Origin: Spirochaetales bacterium | GTDB lineage: Bacteria; Spirochaetota; Spirochaetia; DSM-27196; PWMO01 | Assembly (NCBI GenBank): GCA_007123465.1 | Contig: SKLB01000329.1 | Coordinates: 1-36,459, forward strand | Reading direction: 5' to 3' | DNA length: 36,459 nucleotides | Shown: one piece after another, positions 17,439 to 26,815 of the stretch | Numbering within the stretch: the stretch's first letter is position 1 | Layout: every line of letters starts with the position of its first letter | Program-made: the position numbers and the translations under genes | Notes under the pieces: generated by a model | Databases searched by the model: none | What the model saw: the letters and a program-made list of their open reading frames with translations, nothing else | What the model was told of the DNA's origin: nothing

Positions 17439-18542
17439 ATGGATAACCAGCGGGTAAACTCAGCACTGTTGGCTGTATTAGTAGTGGTGGCAGTGGCAAG
17501 CGTTCTGCGGTTGACCGGCAGCATCTTTCTGCCGCTGGTGCTCGCGCTGCTGCTTTCTTTTGTGTTCTCTCCGGTGGTTACGTTTCTCACCCGGCACAAG
17601 GTTCCACGCCTGCTGGGGATTCTCTCGGTATTGGCTATCTTCCTGACCTTCGGCTTTCTGATTGGCTTTGTTGTCTACAGCAGTACGCAGTCGCTGCTGC
17701 GCGAGTTTCCCCTCTACCAGCGTCGGCTGACCGGTCTGATTCAAGATCTGATTGAACGCTTCAACCTGCCGGACTACATGCTGACCGAGTTCAATATAGG
17801 CCGAACCGTTGGCAGCCTGGTGGTCTCGATATCCGGCAGCTTCATGGCCTTTGCCAGTGGACTGCTGCTGGTGCTGGTGTTTCTGCTGTTTCTGCTTATG
17901 GAGAAGCCCTACCTGCACTTCAAGATGCTGCAGGCTTTCCAGGGTCACACCACGCGCAAGATTGTGATCATCTTCGCCCACATCAATGCCCAGATCGGGC
18001 GCTACCTGAGCGTCAAGCTCCTGGTAAGCAGTTTAACCGGGGCGATCATTTTTATTTCGTTCTCCATCATCGGTGTTGATTTCCCGGTTATCTGGGCGAT
18101 TCTGACGTTCCTGTTCAACTTCATTCCCAGCATCGGTTCGATTCTGATAACGCTGCTCAGCGGGGTATTCGCGCTGGTTCAGTTTGCACCGGAATGGAAC
18201 AACGTAATTGTCACCGTGGCAGCGATGTCGATTACGCAGCTCATCATCGGCAATATCATCGATCCCAAACTGCTCGGTGACAGCCTCAATCTGAGTCCGG
18301 TGGTAATACTGTTGTCTCTGCTGGTCTGGGGCTGGCTGTGGGGCATCATGGGCATGTTCCTGGCCGTACCGATGACCGTCGCAATCAAGATAGCGTTTGA
18401 AAACATTCCGGGTATGGAGGCCTTCGGTATCATGATGGGCACCGGCAGCTATCGTAAACGCAGGAAGAAGCAGTCCAGAAGTACCCCCGCTACAGGAGCG
18501 CACGCACAGCATGCAGCATCAACAACGTCTACTGACCGGTGA
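17439..18542 (+). CDS. AI-2E (PerM/TqsA) family transporter
   Basis: Multi-TM protein with FNFIPSIGS, GNIIDPKLLGDSLNLSP and WGWLWGIMGMFLAVP. Confidence 0.92.
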   Translation: MDNQRVNSALLAVLVVVAVASVLRLTGSIFLPLVLALLLSFVFSPVVTFLTRHKVPRLLGILSVLAIFLTFGFLIGFVVYSSTQSLLREFPLYQRRLTGLIQDLIERFNLPDYMLTEFNIGRTVGSLVVSISGSFMAFASGLLLVLVFLLFLLMEKPYLHFKMLQAFQGHTTRKIVIIFAHINAQIGRYLSVKLLVSSLTGAIIFISFSIIGVDFPVIWAILTFLFNFIPSIGSILITLLSGVFALVQFAPEWNNVIVTVAAMSITQLIIGNIIDPKLLGDSLNLSPVVILLSLLVWGWLWGIMGMFLAVPMTVAIKIAFENIPGMEAFGIMMGTGSYRKRRKKQSRSTPATGAHAQHAASTTSTDR

Positions 18543-19578
18543 TCGTCCGACGGGAAGGCTTCACCTCGGGCACTACGCAGGGTCGATTGCCAACCGGCTC
18601 AAACTGCAGCACAAGTACCAGTGCTACTTCCTGATAGCCGACCTGCACATGCTCACTACCAGGCCCGGCAAGTCCGACATAGAGGCGATTTCGGAAAACG
18701 CGCGCCAAATGGTGCTCGACTACCTGGCGTGCGGTATCGATCCGCAACGTTCTGTGATCTTTCTGCAGTCAGCGGTGCACGAAACCTACGAACTCAACCT
18801 GTTCTTCGAGATGCTGGTCACGGTTCCGCGGTTGCAGCGCTTGCCGAGTCTCAAAGATATGAAGGACAGCGCCAACCTTGCCGAGATGCCGTTTGGGTTG
18901 CTCGGCTATCCGGTGCTGCAGTCAGCCGATATTCTTCTGCCACGGGCGCACATAGTACCTGTGGGCAAGGATAACGAAGCCCACGTTGAACTGACCCGCG
19001 AGATCGCGCGGCGCTTCAACAACCTCTACGGCGAGGTGTTCCCGATTCCCGACGTTCTGGTGGGTGACGTGCCGACGCTGGTTGGCACCGACGGTAACGC
19101 CAAGATGTCCAAGTCATTGAACAATACTATTCTGCTCTCGGATGACCAGACAAGCGTGCAGAAACAGGTAATGAGCATGTATACCGACCCCAACCGCATC
19201 CGCGCCGACATACCGGGCACTGTGGAGGGCAATCCGGTATTCGTCTATCATGATGTGTTCAATCCCGATCGAGAGCAGGTGGCCGAACTGAAAGAACGCT
19301 ACCGCCGTGGTACGGTGGGCGATGTTGAGGTCAAGCAGAAACTTGCTGCAGCGCTCAACGCCTTTCTCGACCCGATCCGCGAACAGCGTTCCCGCTTTGA
19401 AGCGCAGCGTGGCTTTGTGGACGAAGTGATCTACCAAGGAACGCTCAAGATGCGCGAGCAGGCGCGTCAGACTTTGCTGGAAGCGCGCAAGGCGATGGGC
19501 CTGACCGGCGTCTGGAATCGAATCAGCCGCAAGGCCGAGGATGCGCGCAAGAAGCGGGAGAAAGCAGTAGCCCAGTGA
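18511..19578 (+). CDS. trpS: Tryptophan--tRNA ligase
   Basis: TGDRPTGRLHLGH, YPVLQSADI, VPVGKDN and KMSKS. Confidence 0.96.
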   Translation: MQHQQRLLTGDRPTGRLHLGHYAGSIANRLKLQHKYQCYFLIADLHMLTTRPGKSDIEAISENARQMVLDYLACGIDPQRSVIFLQSAVHETYELNLFFEMLVTVPRLQRLPSLKDMKDSANLAEMPFGLLGYPVLQSADILLPRAHIVPVGKDNEAHVELTREIARRFNNLYGEVFPIPDVLVGDVPTLVGTDGNAKMSKSLNNTILLSDDQTSVQKQVMSMYTDPNRIRADIPGTVEGNPVFVYHDVFNPDREQVAELKERYRRGTVGDVEVKQKLAAALNAFLDPIREQRSRFEAQRGFVDEVIYQGTLKMREQARQTLLEARKAMGLTGVWNRISRKAEDARKKREKAVAQ

Positions 19579-20402
19579 CACCCCGGCTAACCGCTGTGCA
19601 GCTGGAAGAGTTCCGCAGCAGCATCTGGGACTACTATCAGCACCACCGCCGTTCAATGCCGTGGCGCGAGACCGCTGATCCGTACCATATCTTTGTCTCA
19701 GAGGTAATGCTGCAGCAGACACAGGTCGCGCGGGTACGCCAGAAGTACGCAGACTTTCTGCAGCGCTTTCCGTCGTGGCACGAGCTGGCTGTGGCGCGTT
19801 TAGCCGATGTGGTGCAGCAGTGGCAGGGGCTCGGCTACAACCGTCGCGCGCGCTTTCTGCATCAGGCCGCAGGTGAGGTAGTCTCGCGGTTTGCCTGCGG
19901 CCTGCCGGCTGACCAGCAACTGCTTGCAACGTTACCGGGAATCGGCCACAACACCGCCGGTGCAATCTGCGCCTTTGCATTCGGCATGCCGGTAGTCTTC
20001 ATCGAGACAAACATTCGCCGTGTGTACATCCATTTCTTCTTTGACGGGCGCTACAAAGTGTCCGATACCCAGCTTCTGCCGCTGATTGAACAGACCCTCG
20101 ACCGCAGTGACCCGCGTCAATGGTACTTTGCGCTGATGGACTACGGCGCGACGCTGAAGGCCCACGGGTCCAACCCCAATCGCCGCAGCGCGCACTACAG
20201 CCGCCAACCGGGTTTTGAAGGCTCGCGGCGCCAGTTGCGCGGAGCTGTCCTGCGCCTGCTGGTCAGCGGCCAGCGCCTGGCGCTGGCCGATATCGCGGCT
20301 GCGGTGGGTGAGCAGCACGCCGGCAGTCTTGAGTCGGTGCTTTCTGATCTCGAAAACGAGGGGTTTCTGGCCGCCGAGCAGGCGCACTACTACCTGCGTT
20401 GA
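19575..20402 (+). CDS. mutY: A/G-specific adenine glycosylase, short form lacking the 4Fe-4S cysteines
   Basis: PWR, VSEVMLQQTQV, WQGLGYNRRA, HhH LPGIG and ETNIRRV; GTGA overlap with trpS. Confidence 0.85.
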   Translation: MTPRLTAVQLEEFRSSIWDYYQHHRRSMPWRETADPYHIFVSEVMLQQTQVARVRQKYADFLQRFPSWHELAVARLADVVQQWQGLGYNRRARFLHQAAGEVVSRFACGLPADQQLLATLPGIGHNTAGAICAFAFGMPVVFIETNIRRVYIHFFFDGRYKVSDTQLLPLIEQTLDRSDPRQWYFALMDYGATLKAHGSNPNRRSAHYSRQPGFEGSRRQLRGAVLRLLVSGQRLALADIAAAVGEQHAGSLESVLSDLENEGFLAAEQAHYYLR

Positions 20403-20406
20403 GATA

Positions 20407-20438
20407 GCCGCGCGGCCGGTCTCAGCCCGGCCGGCGGT
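20407..20438. terminator. GC-rich hairpin at the convergent mutY / PGM junction
   Basis: CGGCCGG (20413-20419) pairs with CCGGCCG (20427-20433), extended by GCCGC/GCGGT; no U-tract. Confidence 0.3.
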
Positions 20439-22326
20439 CGGCAGTCTCGATAATCGAGCGGTGCCAGTTCAGCAACCAGAGCTGATCGGCGGGGTCGGTC
20501 GAGCGAATGTCGGCCAGTACGCGAAAAACCGGCTCGGTGCCCGAGCCGCGCATCCACACAAAGCCCACCGCCTGCTGATCACGGTCTCGGAACAGCATCT
20601 TGAGTCCGCCGCGTTGTGTCCCGGTTCGAAAATCGGGGCCGAACCCGTGACGCGCCTCGATCCCTTCGTAGTTGATCTGCTCGGCGGTAACTATGCCGAA
20701 GCGCGCCTGCAGCTCACTACGCACCTTCTGCCACTGCTTCTGAAACTCCTGCTCGTAGTTGCGCTTCAACAGCGCGTGATCGATAGTGTGGATTCTCATC
20801 ACGGCGTGGACGTCGGTAGTTGCGGTGGTCTGGTATGGCGGCAGGGTGCCGACTACATCTTCGATTGTGTAATCGGGGCGATAGGCGTTGCGGCAGTCGG
20901 CAGCGCTGCACCAGAACGAAAAAAGGTCCTCCGCGGATTCGAAGTTGCGTGCGTACAGCAGCTTGGCCAGTGATCCCAGCGCGGTCAGCGGGTCACGTAC
21001 CGTGGACGGATGAATGATCGTCCCGCCGTTGGAACCTTCACCCAGTATTGGGACTACGTACCCCTGGGTTCGTACCAGCTGTGCCAGGCTGACAACGTTG
21101 GCCTCCCCGACCTCGGCGCGGAACACACGCGCGCCAAATGCCGCGGCGATTTCCTCCAGCCGCAGCGAGGTTGCATCGTTGGCCACCACGGCCAGCGGCT
21201 CGGCAGTCGCGGCGCTGTCGGTAAGAAGCAGTCGGCGCCAGGCCAGTTCGGCAACTACCGCCAGCGCAAATCCCTGCTGGGCCGGCAACGGAATCACACG
21301 TTTGCGTCGCGGAAAGTATACCACCAGACTGCCGCGGTCACCGTCGTTATCGGGCACGTAACCGGCCTGGTAGCCGGGATCCTGGGCGCGCCTGTCTTCG
21401 AGCAGCTCTATGCACGGCAGCAGCGCATCGCCCTCGGGAATGATCGTGTGAGCAATTCTTCCGGCGGTGTCGTTGATAGAAAAGAATTTGAATCCCAGCT
21501 CGCGCAGCATCAGCCGGTCGATCGAGCAACTGCGCGCACTTCCGTTGAAGTCGACCACCACCCCGGCACCGGCCGACTGTACCGCGCCGCTGAGGTGCCG
21601 CAGCAATTCCGATGTGCGCTCGCTGCTGCCGCTGACCACGGTGCGAACAAACGCGGCGTACGTCTGCAGCGACTGTTGTTTCCAGCGCGCGAACGACAGG
21701 TGATTGTGGTGGATCCGCCCGGCAGCCAGCGCGCGCGTGGCGTCGACGGTCTCGCGGACGTAAGCGGCGTCTGCAGCGTTGCTCCTGAAGCGATCGATCA
21801 ACGCCAGAGCACGGTCGCCTTCGAGTACCGCTCCATTGCCCAGGCCGATCTTGAGACCGTTATGGCCGATCGGATTATGGCTCGCGGTCACGTAGACAAA
21901 CCCTTCAATCTCGGCGGTCATCTTGGTATAGGCCATGATCTCCGGTGCCGCAGCCACGTAGAGATAGCGTACAACTATGTCGTACGCCAGGAGTGAACGC
22001 ATCAGAATATCGCCGATTGCCGGTCCGGTCGGGCGGCTGTCGAGCCCGAGGGCAATGCACGGCGGAAAGCGCGTCGAGCGCTCGCGCAGCAATTCTGCAA
22101 CAGTGCGGCCGGCCACCGCCATCAGTACGGCGTCTGCATCACCAATATGGCGCGTGTCGGCGTCTTCATTGTCAGCGAACACGCTGCGCCAGCCGGAAAC
22201 AGACAGAATATAGCTATCCAGGACGCGCTCGAGGGCATCTGGATTAGCGGTGGTTGCCGCGGGAGGTTGCGGCTGATCGGGGTCTCCCAGCGAGCGTCCG
22301 GATACCGGCTCGTATATGGCTGCCAT
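20422..22326 (-). CDS. Alpha-D-phosphohexomutase (phosphoglucomutase/phosphomannomutase) family protein
   Basis: DSRPTG, TASHNP (phospho-Ser), DNDGDR (metal loop), GEGSNGG and RGSGTEP. Start moved to ATG 22326 because the longer ORF overlaps the divergent regulator. Confidence 0.88.
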   Translation of the reverse strand: MAAIYEPVSGRSLGDPDQPQPPAATTANPDALERVLDSYILSVSGWRSVFADNEDADTRHIGDADAVLMAVAGRTVAELLRERSTRFPPCIALGLDSRPTGPAIGDILMRSLLAYDIVVRYLYVAAAPEIMAYTKMTAEIEGFVYVTASHNPIGHNGLKIGLGNGAVLEGDRALALIDRFRSNAADAAYVRETVDATRALAAGRIHHNHLSFARWKQQSLQTYAAFVRTVVSGSSERTSELLRHLSGAVQSAGAGVVVDFNGSARSCSIDRLMLRELGFKFFSINDTAGRIAHTIIPEGDALLPCIELLEDRRAQDPGYQAGYVPDNDGDRGSLVVYFPRRKRVIPLPAQQGFALAVVAELAWRRLLLTDSAATAEPLAVVANDATSLRLEEIAAAFGARVFRAEVGEANVVSLAQLVRTQGYVVPILGEGSNGGTIIHPSTVRDPLTALGSLAKLLYARNFESAEDLFSFWCSAADCRNAYRPDYTIEDVVGTLPPYQTTATTDVHAVMRIHTIDHALLKRNYEQEFQKQWQKVRSELQARFGIVTAEQINYEGIEARHGFGPDFRTGTQRGGLKMLFRDRDQQAVGFVWMRGSGTEPVFRVLADIRSTDPADQLWLLNWHRSIIETADRRPG

Positions 22327-22334
22327 TGCCGGCA

Positions 22335-22364
22335 ATACTATCCGCCGCCCTTTGCACGTGTCAA
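22335..22364 (-). promoter_or_regulatory. Sigma70-type promoter for the phosphohexomutase gene
   Basis: TTGACA-18 nt-TAGTAT; the ATG follows 8 nt later with no SD. Confidence 0.55.
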
Positions 22365-22375
22365 CGCGCGCTTGC

Positions 22376-22404
22376 TTGCAAAATCGAACGATTACCCTTA
22401 TAAC
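22376..22404 (+). promoter_or_regulatory. Possible sigma70-type promoter for the regulator-kinase pair
   Basis: TTGCAA-17 nt-TATAAC, followed by a GGAGGAG SD. Confidence 0.4.
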
Positions 22405-22428
22405 GTCAAAGGGAGGAGCAACAGGCCA

Positions 22429-23682
22429 ATGAAAAAGATTCTCGTTGTTGATGAGTCCGCGCTCTTCCGTGATTTTCTCTCCAAGAAGCTGATCGAGTAC
22501 GGGTTTGAGGTCTCTGTTGCGGTCAACGGGCTGGATGCGTCGGTCAAGATTCGCCAGTTGATGCCCGAGTTGGTCATCATGGACTACTACCTGTCCAGAA
22601 GCAGCTCGCTCGAGGTGCTCGAGAAGCTGCGCCAGGACCCCAATACCGCAGGCATAGCGGTAATCATGGCTTCGGCCAAGGTTGACCGCGAGAAGCTGCT
22701 GCAGGTGGCGCGCTTCGGTGTCAAGAAGTTCTTCACTAAGCCGGTGCGCGTGGATGCACTGCTCAGGGCCGTCTCCGAGAGCCTGGGGGTCCAGGTGGAT
22801 ATGGACAACACCCCATGTATTGTAGAGGCGCACGTAAACGATGACATAGTATTTGTCGAAGTGGCCCAGGGACTGAACAAAGAGAAGATCGAACTGCTGC
22901 GCTACAAGATCAAGGAGCTGCTGGATCTCTACGACCTGTCGCTGGTCAAAGTGCTGGTGATGATGTCAAGCGTCGACATCACCTCGGCAGACTCCATCAA
23001 GCTGGGCGTGTTGCTCAACACGATCCTTCAGTACGCCAAACCGCGCAACGTCAGGATTCTGACCAATTCGGAGTTTGTTGCCCAGTACGTCGCCGGGCGT
23101 GAAGAGATGGCAGAAATCGGAGTCAGCAACAACCTGGAGCAGGCGATGAGCGGACTGCTCGGCAGAAAGACCGGCAATTACATCGATCCGTCGCAGAAAA
23201 CCGCGCAACAGGAATTTCTGCAGGTACAGGCTCCCAAGAAGGACCGCGGCGAGTCGATCGATATGAAGTTCGAGTCCGAGAAGGCACAGCAGTTTGACCT
23301 GCACGAACTCGATGAAAACCTCACCATAGCCGTGGTTGACGATGACCTTGTGATTCAGGAGCTGATCAAGACTGCCTTTTCCGATACGCAGTTTTCGATC
23401 AGGCCGTTTGGCAACGGACGCGAGTTTGTCAGCGATCCTGTCGCGGAAACCGCCGATCTCATCTTTCTGGACCTGATGATGCCCGAGATGGACGGTTTCC
23501 AGGTTCTCAGCGATTTGAAGAAGCGGCGCAAGGACCTGCCGGTGATCGTACTGTCAGCGCTGTCGCAGCAGGAGACCGTGGTGCGCGCGCTCAAGCTGGG
23601 CGTCAAGAGCTACATGATCAAGCCGTTGAAACCGCAGGCGGTCCGTAAGAAGGCCACCGAAATACTCAAAATGAACTTCTGA
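22429..23682 (+). CDS. Response regulator with two receiver domains and a central uncharacterised domain
   Basis: REC1 (KKILVVDES, LVIMDY, FTKP); REC2 (IAVVDDD, LIFLDLMMPEMDG, IKP); ATG 22429 after GGAGGAG. Confidence 0.9.
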   Translation: MKKILVVDESALFRDFLSKKLIEYGFEVSVAVNGLDASVKIRQLMPELVIMDYYLSRSSSLEVLEKLRQDPNTAGIAVIMASAKVDREKLLQVARFGVKKFFTKPVRVDALLRAVSESLGVQVDMDNTPCIVEAHVNDDIVFVEVAQGLNKEKIELLRYKIKELLDLYDLSLVKVLVMMSSVDITSADSIKLGVLLNTILQYAKPRNVRILTNSEFVAQYVAGREEMAEIGVSNNLEQAMSGLLGRKTGNYIDPSQKTAQQEFLQVQAPKKDRGESIDMKFESEKAQQFDLHELDENLTIAVVDDDLVIQELIKTAFSDTQFSIRPFGNGREFVSDPVAETADLIFLDLMMPEMDGFQVLSDLKKRRKDLPVIVLSALSQQETVVRALKLGVKSYMIKPLKPQAVRKKATEILKMNF

Positions 23683-26087
23683 TGCAGGCGGCGCCCGTGT
23701 CGTTATCTCCGCTTGGCCGGCAGTTTCAGGTAATCTTCGATCACTCACCGGTCGGCATGCTGGTGCTCGATACTACCGTGCGGATTATTCACACCAACCG
23801 GTTAGTCGAAACGATGTTTGGTCGTTCCGAGAACGAACTCAAAGGCGAACGGCTGCAGTCGTTTGTGGTTGCCGAGGATGCGGACCGCTTTCAACGTCTG
23901 CTCGACAGTCTGTCTACCGATGGCGACAACCATTTTCGGGCCAACCTGCGCTACCATAGTGCCGGCGGCGGCGAGGCGTGGTGCCGCATGGACGTGACCT
24001 ACGTAGTTTCACAGCAGCACTCGCCATTTGTATTCGCCGTACTCGAGGATATCACCGAACAGAAGAGCGGTGAGGACAGGCTCAAGCAAGAAAAGGAGCT
24101 GGCCGAACGCGCCACAAGAACCAAGTCAGCCTTCCTTGCCAACATGAGTCACGAGATCAGAACTCCGCTGCACACTATTACCGGTATGACCGAGCTCATA
24201 CTGGACACCGGCCTTGATGAAGAGCAGCGCGAATATGCGCAGCAGATCCGTTTCTCGGCGGAAGTATTGCTCAATCTGATCAACGATATACTGGACTTCT
24301 CCAAGATCGAAGCTGGAAAACTGTCGCTGGAAGTGATTGAGTTTGAGCTGTCCGAGATGACCGAAGAAGCGGTGGACCTCGTGAGCCTCGAGGCTCACAA
24401 GAAAGGACTCGAAGCTCTGCTCTATCTCGACCCGCGGCTGCCGCGAGTCATCAAGGGGGATCCTGCCAGGCTGCGCCAGATCATCGTCAATCTGTTTAAC
24501 AACGCCGTCAAGTTCACCACCAAGGGCCACGTTTATCTGCGGGTTACGCCGCTACGCCAGGATAACGACAGCGTGGCGATTATGTTTGAAGTGATAGACT
24601 CCGGCATCGGAATACCCGAGGCCAAACTATCGGCTCTCTTCACTGCGTTTTCGCAGGTGGACTCATCGACTACGCGTCGCTTCGGCGGGACCGGGCTTGG
24701 CCTTTCGATATCGCGCAACCTGGTGCAACTGATGGACGGCAAGATCGGTGTAAAGAGCCAGCAGAACAAGGGCTCAACCTTCTGGTTTACTATTCCGTTT
24801 CCGTTGCAGCAGCCGGTCGACCGGGCGCATCCGCAGAAACTGTCGGTTTCCATCAGCGTTCTGATTGTTGATGACAACGATCTGTCACGAACGGTGTTGC
24901 GAAGCTATCTTGAGTCGTGGGGTGCAGAGGTGCACGAGGCCCGCAACGGCAAGCAGGGCCTGGAAATGCTGCAGCGCGCTGCCGTTCAGGAAACACCGTT
25001 TGATGTTGCGCTGATCGATCTGCTGATGCACGGGATGGACGGTTGGCAGCTCGCCAGCGAAATCAACGCCGACAAGAGCATAAACTCGACCAGACTGGTG
25101 TTGCTCAGTCCGGCCGGGCGTATGGCCGGCGAAGCGAAAATGAAACTGCTCAAGTGGTTCAACGCCTATGTGACCAAGCCGATACGCCGGCAGGAACTCT
25201 TCGATGCGCTGCAGAGCGTTACGGCCAGCGACATTGACCTTGGTTCTCCCGAAGAAGAGGGGGCGGCGCATGCGGCTGATGTCCAGGCGCCGAGCAGCCG
25301 GCATCACGCCGGGGCCACTACAATTCTGGTGGCCGAGGATCACTTCGTCAATCAGCAGCTGTTCAAGGCGATTCTGGAGAAACGAGGTTACAAGACCATA
25401 GTGGCCGCCAACGGTCGTGAAGCGGTGGACCAGGCCCGGACAGAGCCGATTGACCTGATCTTCATGGATGTTCAGATGCCGGAAATGAACGGCTACGAAG
25501 CGACGCAGCAAATCCGGGAGCTTGGTATCAACGTACCGATCATCGCGGTAACCGCCAGCGCACTCAAAGGAGAGGCCGAGAAATGCCTGGCGAACGGGAT
25601 GAACGACTTTCTGCCCAAGCCGTTCAAGGCCAGGGATGTCTTTCCGGTACTCGACAAATGGATACAGACCGGCAACGCCGACAACGATGAGCCGGCTGAA
25701 CTGATGCCGCTGGATGAGCCGCCGGACACTGAGTCAGTGCCGGCTGCGCCGATCTTTGATATCGACTCTGCTGTTGACTCATTCATGGGTAAGCGAGACG
25801 TGGTAGCGCGAGTGGTCAAAGCGTTTATTGCCAAGGTCGAGGACCGCCTGCCGGTCATGGACCGGGCCGCCGAGCAGCCCGACTACGAGACCCTGCGCTT
25901 TGAGGCTCACGCAATCAAGGGCGGAGCGTGGAATTTGAGTGTTATGGCGCTAGGCAATGCTGCGTCAGCCGTTGAAGAGGCGGCGCGAGAGCAGCAGCCT
26001 CGAGCCGCCCGGGAACTCTACCCCGAGCTGCGACGCACTTTTGAAAAGTTTGTGGCGTTCTGCACCGACAATCCCGAGCTGGAGTGA
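23682..26087 (+). CDS. Hybrid sensor histidine kinase (PAS-HisKA-HATPase-REC-REC-HPt), cytoplasmic
   Basis: FLANMSHEIRTPL, NLFNNAVKFT, DSGIG, GGTGLGL, two REC domains and HPt AHAIKGGA; no TM segment. Confidence 0.95.
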   Translation: MQAAPVSLSPLGRQFQVIFDHSPVGMLVLDTTVRIIHTNRLVETMFGRSENELKGERLQSFVVAEDADRFQRLLDSLSTDGDNHFRANLRYHSAGGGEAWCRMDVTYVVSQQHSPFVFAVLEDITEQKSGEDRLKQEKELAERATRTKSAFLANMSHEIRTPLHTITGMTELILDTGLDEEQREYAQQIRFSAEVLLNLINDILDFSKIEAGKLSLEVIEFELSEMTEEAVDLVSLEAHKKGLEALLYLDPRLPRVIKGDPARLRQIIVNLFNNAVKFTTKGHVYLRVTPLRQDNDSVAIMFEVIDSGIGIPEAKLSALFTAFSQVDSSTTRRFGGTGLGLSISRNLVQLMDGKIGVKSQQNKGSTFWFTIPFPLQQPVDRAHPQKLSVSISVLIVDDNDLSRTVLRSYLESWGAEVHEARNGKQGLEMLQRAAVQETPFDVALIDLLMHGMDGWQLASEINADKSINSTRLVLLSPAGRMAGEAKMKLLKWFNAYVTKPIRRQELFDALQSVTASDIDLGSPEEEGAAHAADVQAPSSRHHAGATTILVAEDHFVNQQLFKAILEKRGYKTIVAANGREAVDQARTEPIDLIFMDVQMPEMNGYEATQQIRELGINVPIIAVTASALKGEAEKCLANGMNDFLPKPFKARDVFPVLDKWIQTGNADNDEPAELMPLDEPPDTESVPAAPIFDIDSAVDSFMGKRDVVARVVKAFIAKVEDRLPVMDRAAEQPDYETLRFEAHAIKGGAWNLSVMALGNAASAVEEAAREQQPRAARELYPELRRTFEKFVAFCTDNPELE

Positions 26088-26815
26088 ATTCGGGCGTAGA
26101 CGTCACCCGATAGCGTGCCGGGGGCAAGCGAGCTCAGGTGACGCCGAAGCGTTTGCGCGTTGAGCCAGTTGTCAAGCTGCAGCCGCATCGATTCACCGGC
26201 CGACAGATTGTAGCGATACTCGGCCAGCGATTCCAGATGATCGATGCACGCCAGCGCAACCGTCAGATCGGCCGGCAGGTACTCGAACGACAGCGCACGG
26301 ACCGGCTTGGACAGTGACGCAACTACCCGGTCCTCGTGGCCTTCTACGTCAACCTTGATAAACGCCGGTTGTCCGTGGCGTTCGATCAGCTGATCGAGAG
26401 TCACCGACGGAACCTGAACAGTAGAATCCCAGTCAACGTGGCTGAACCCCGCTGTATCGGCGGCTCGTTGGACCCAGCGCGCCGAGACGGTTGCCAGGGT
26501 CGGGTGGCGGCGCGACACGTGCAGTACGCATTGCCCTCCGGAGTCCGAAACGGCAGCCTGCACCAGTGTGACGCGCGGATTGCGTCCGTAGAAAGCCCGC
26601 AGCAGCGCGGCGCACGACGGTTGCGGCTCAACCGCTACAACGCACGCGCCCAGCGAGAGCCAGGTGTGGATGCGATTGCCTACGTGAGAGCCGATATCGA
26701 AGCTCAGGTCGCCGCGGTTGATAAAGTGGCGGTAGAAGCGCCGCATGCGCGCCCAACGCCACGGGATCGCGTAGTACACCACCAACGACCGCAGCAGACC
26801 GACCAGCCCGCTCAT
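26018..26815 (-). CDS. FkbM family SAM-dependent methyltransferase
   Basis: FDIGSHVG, VAVEPQP, TLDQL and FIKVDVEGHE; ATG 26815 overlaps the upstream stop (ATGA). Confidence 0.88.
   Translation of the reverse strand: MSGLVGLLRSLVVYYAIPWRWARMRRFYRHFINRGDLSFDIGSHVGNRIHTWLSLGACVVAVEPQPSCAALLRAFYGRNPRVTLVQAAVSDSGGQCVLHVSRRHPTLATVSARWVQRAADTAGFSHVDWDSTVQVPSVTLDQLIERHGQPAFIKVDVEGHEDRVVASLSKPVRALSFEYLPADLTVALACIDHLESLAEYRYNLSAGESMRLQLDNWLNAQTLRRHLSSLAPGTLSGDVYARIHSSSGLSVQNATNFSKVRRSSG

Noticed and set aside
22147-22833. Apparent long overlap between the 803-aa and 511-aa divergent ORFs
   Set aside because: Artefact of longest-ORF calling; starts at 22326 and 22429 have promoter or SD support and remove the overlap.
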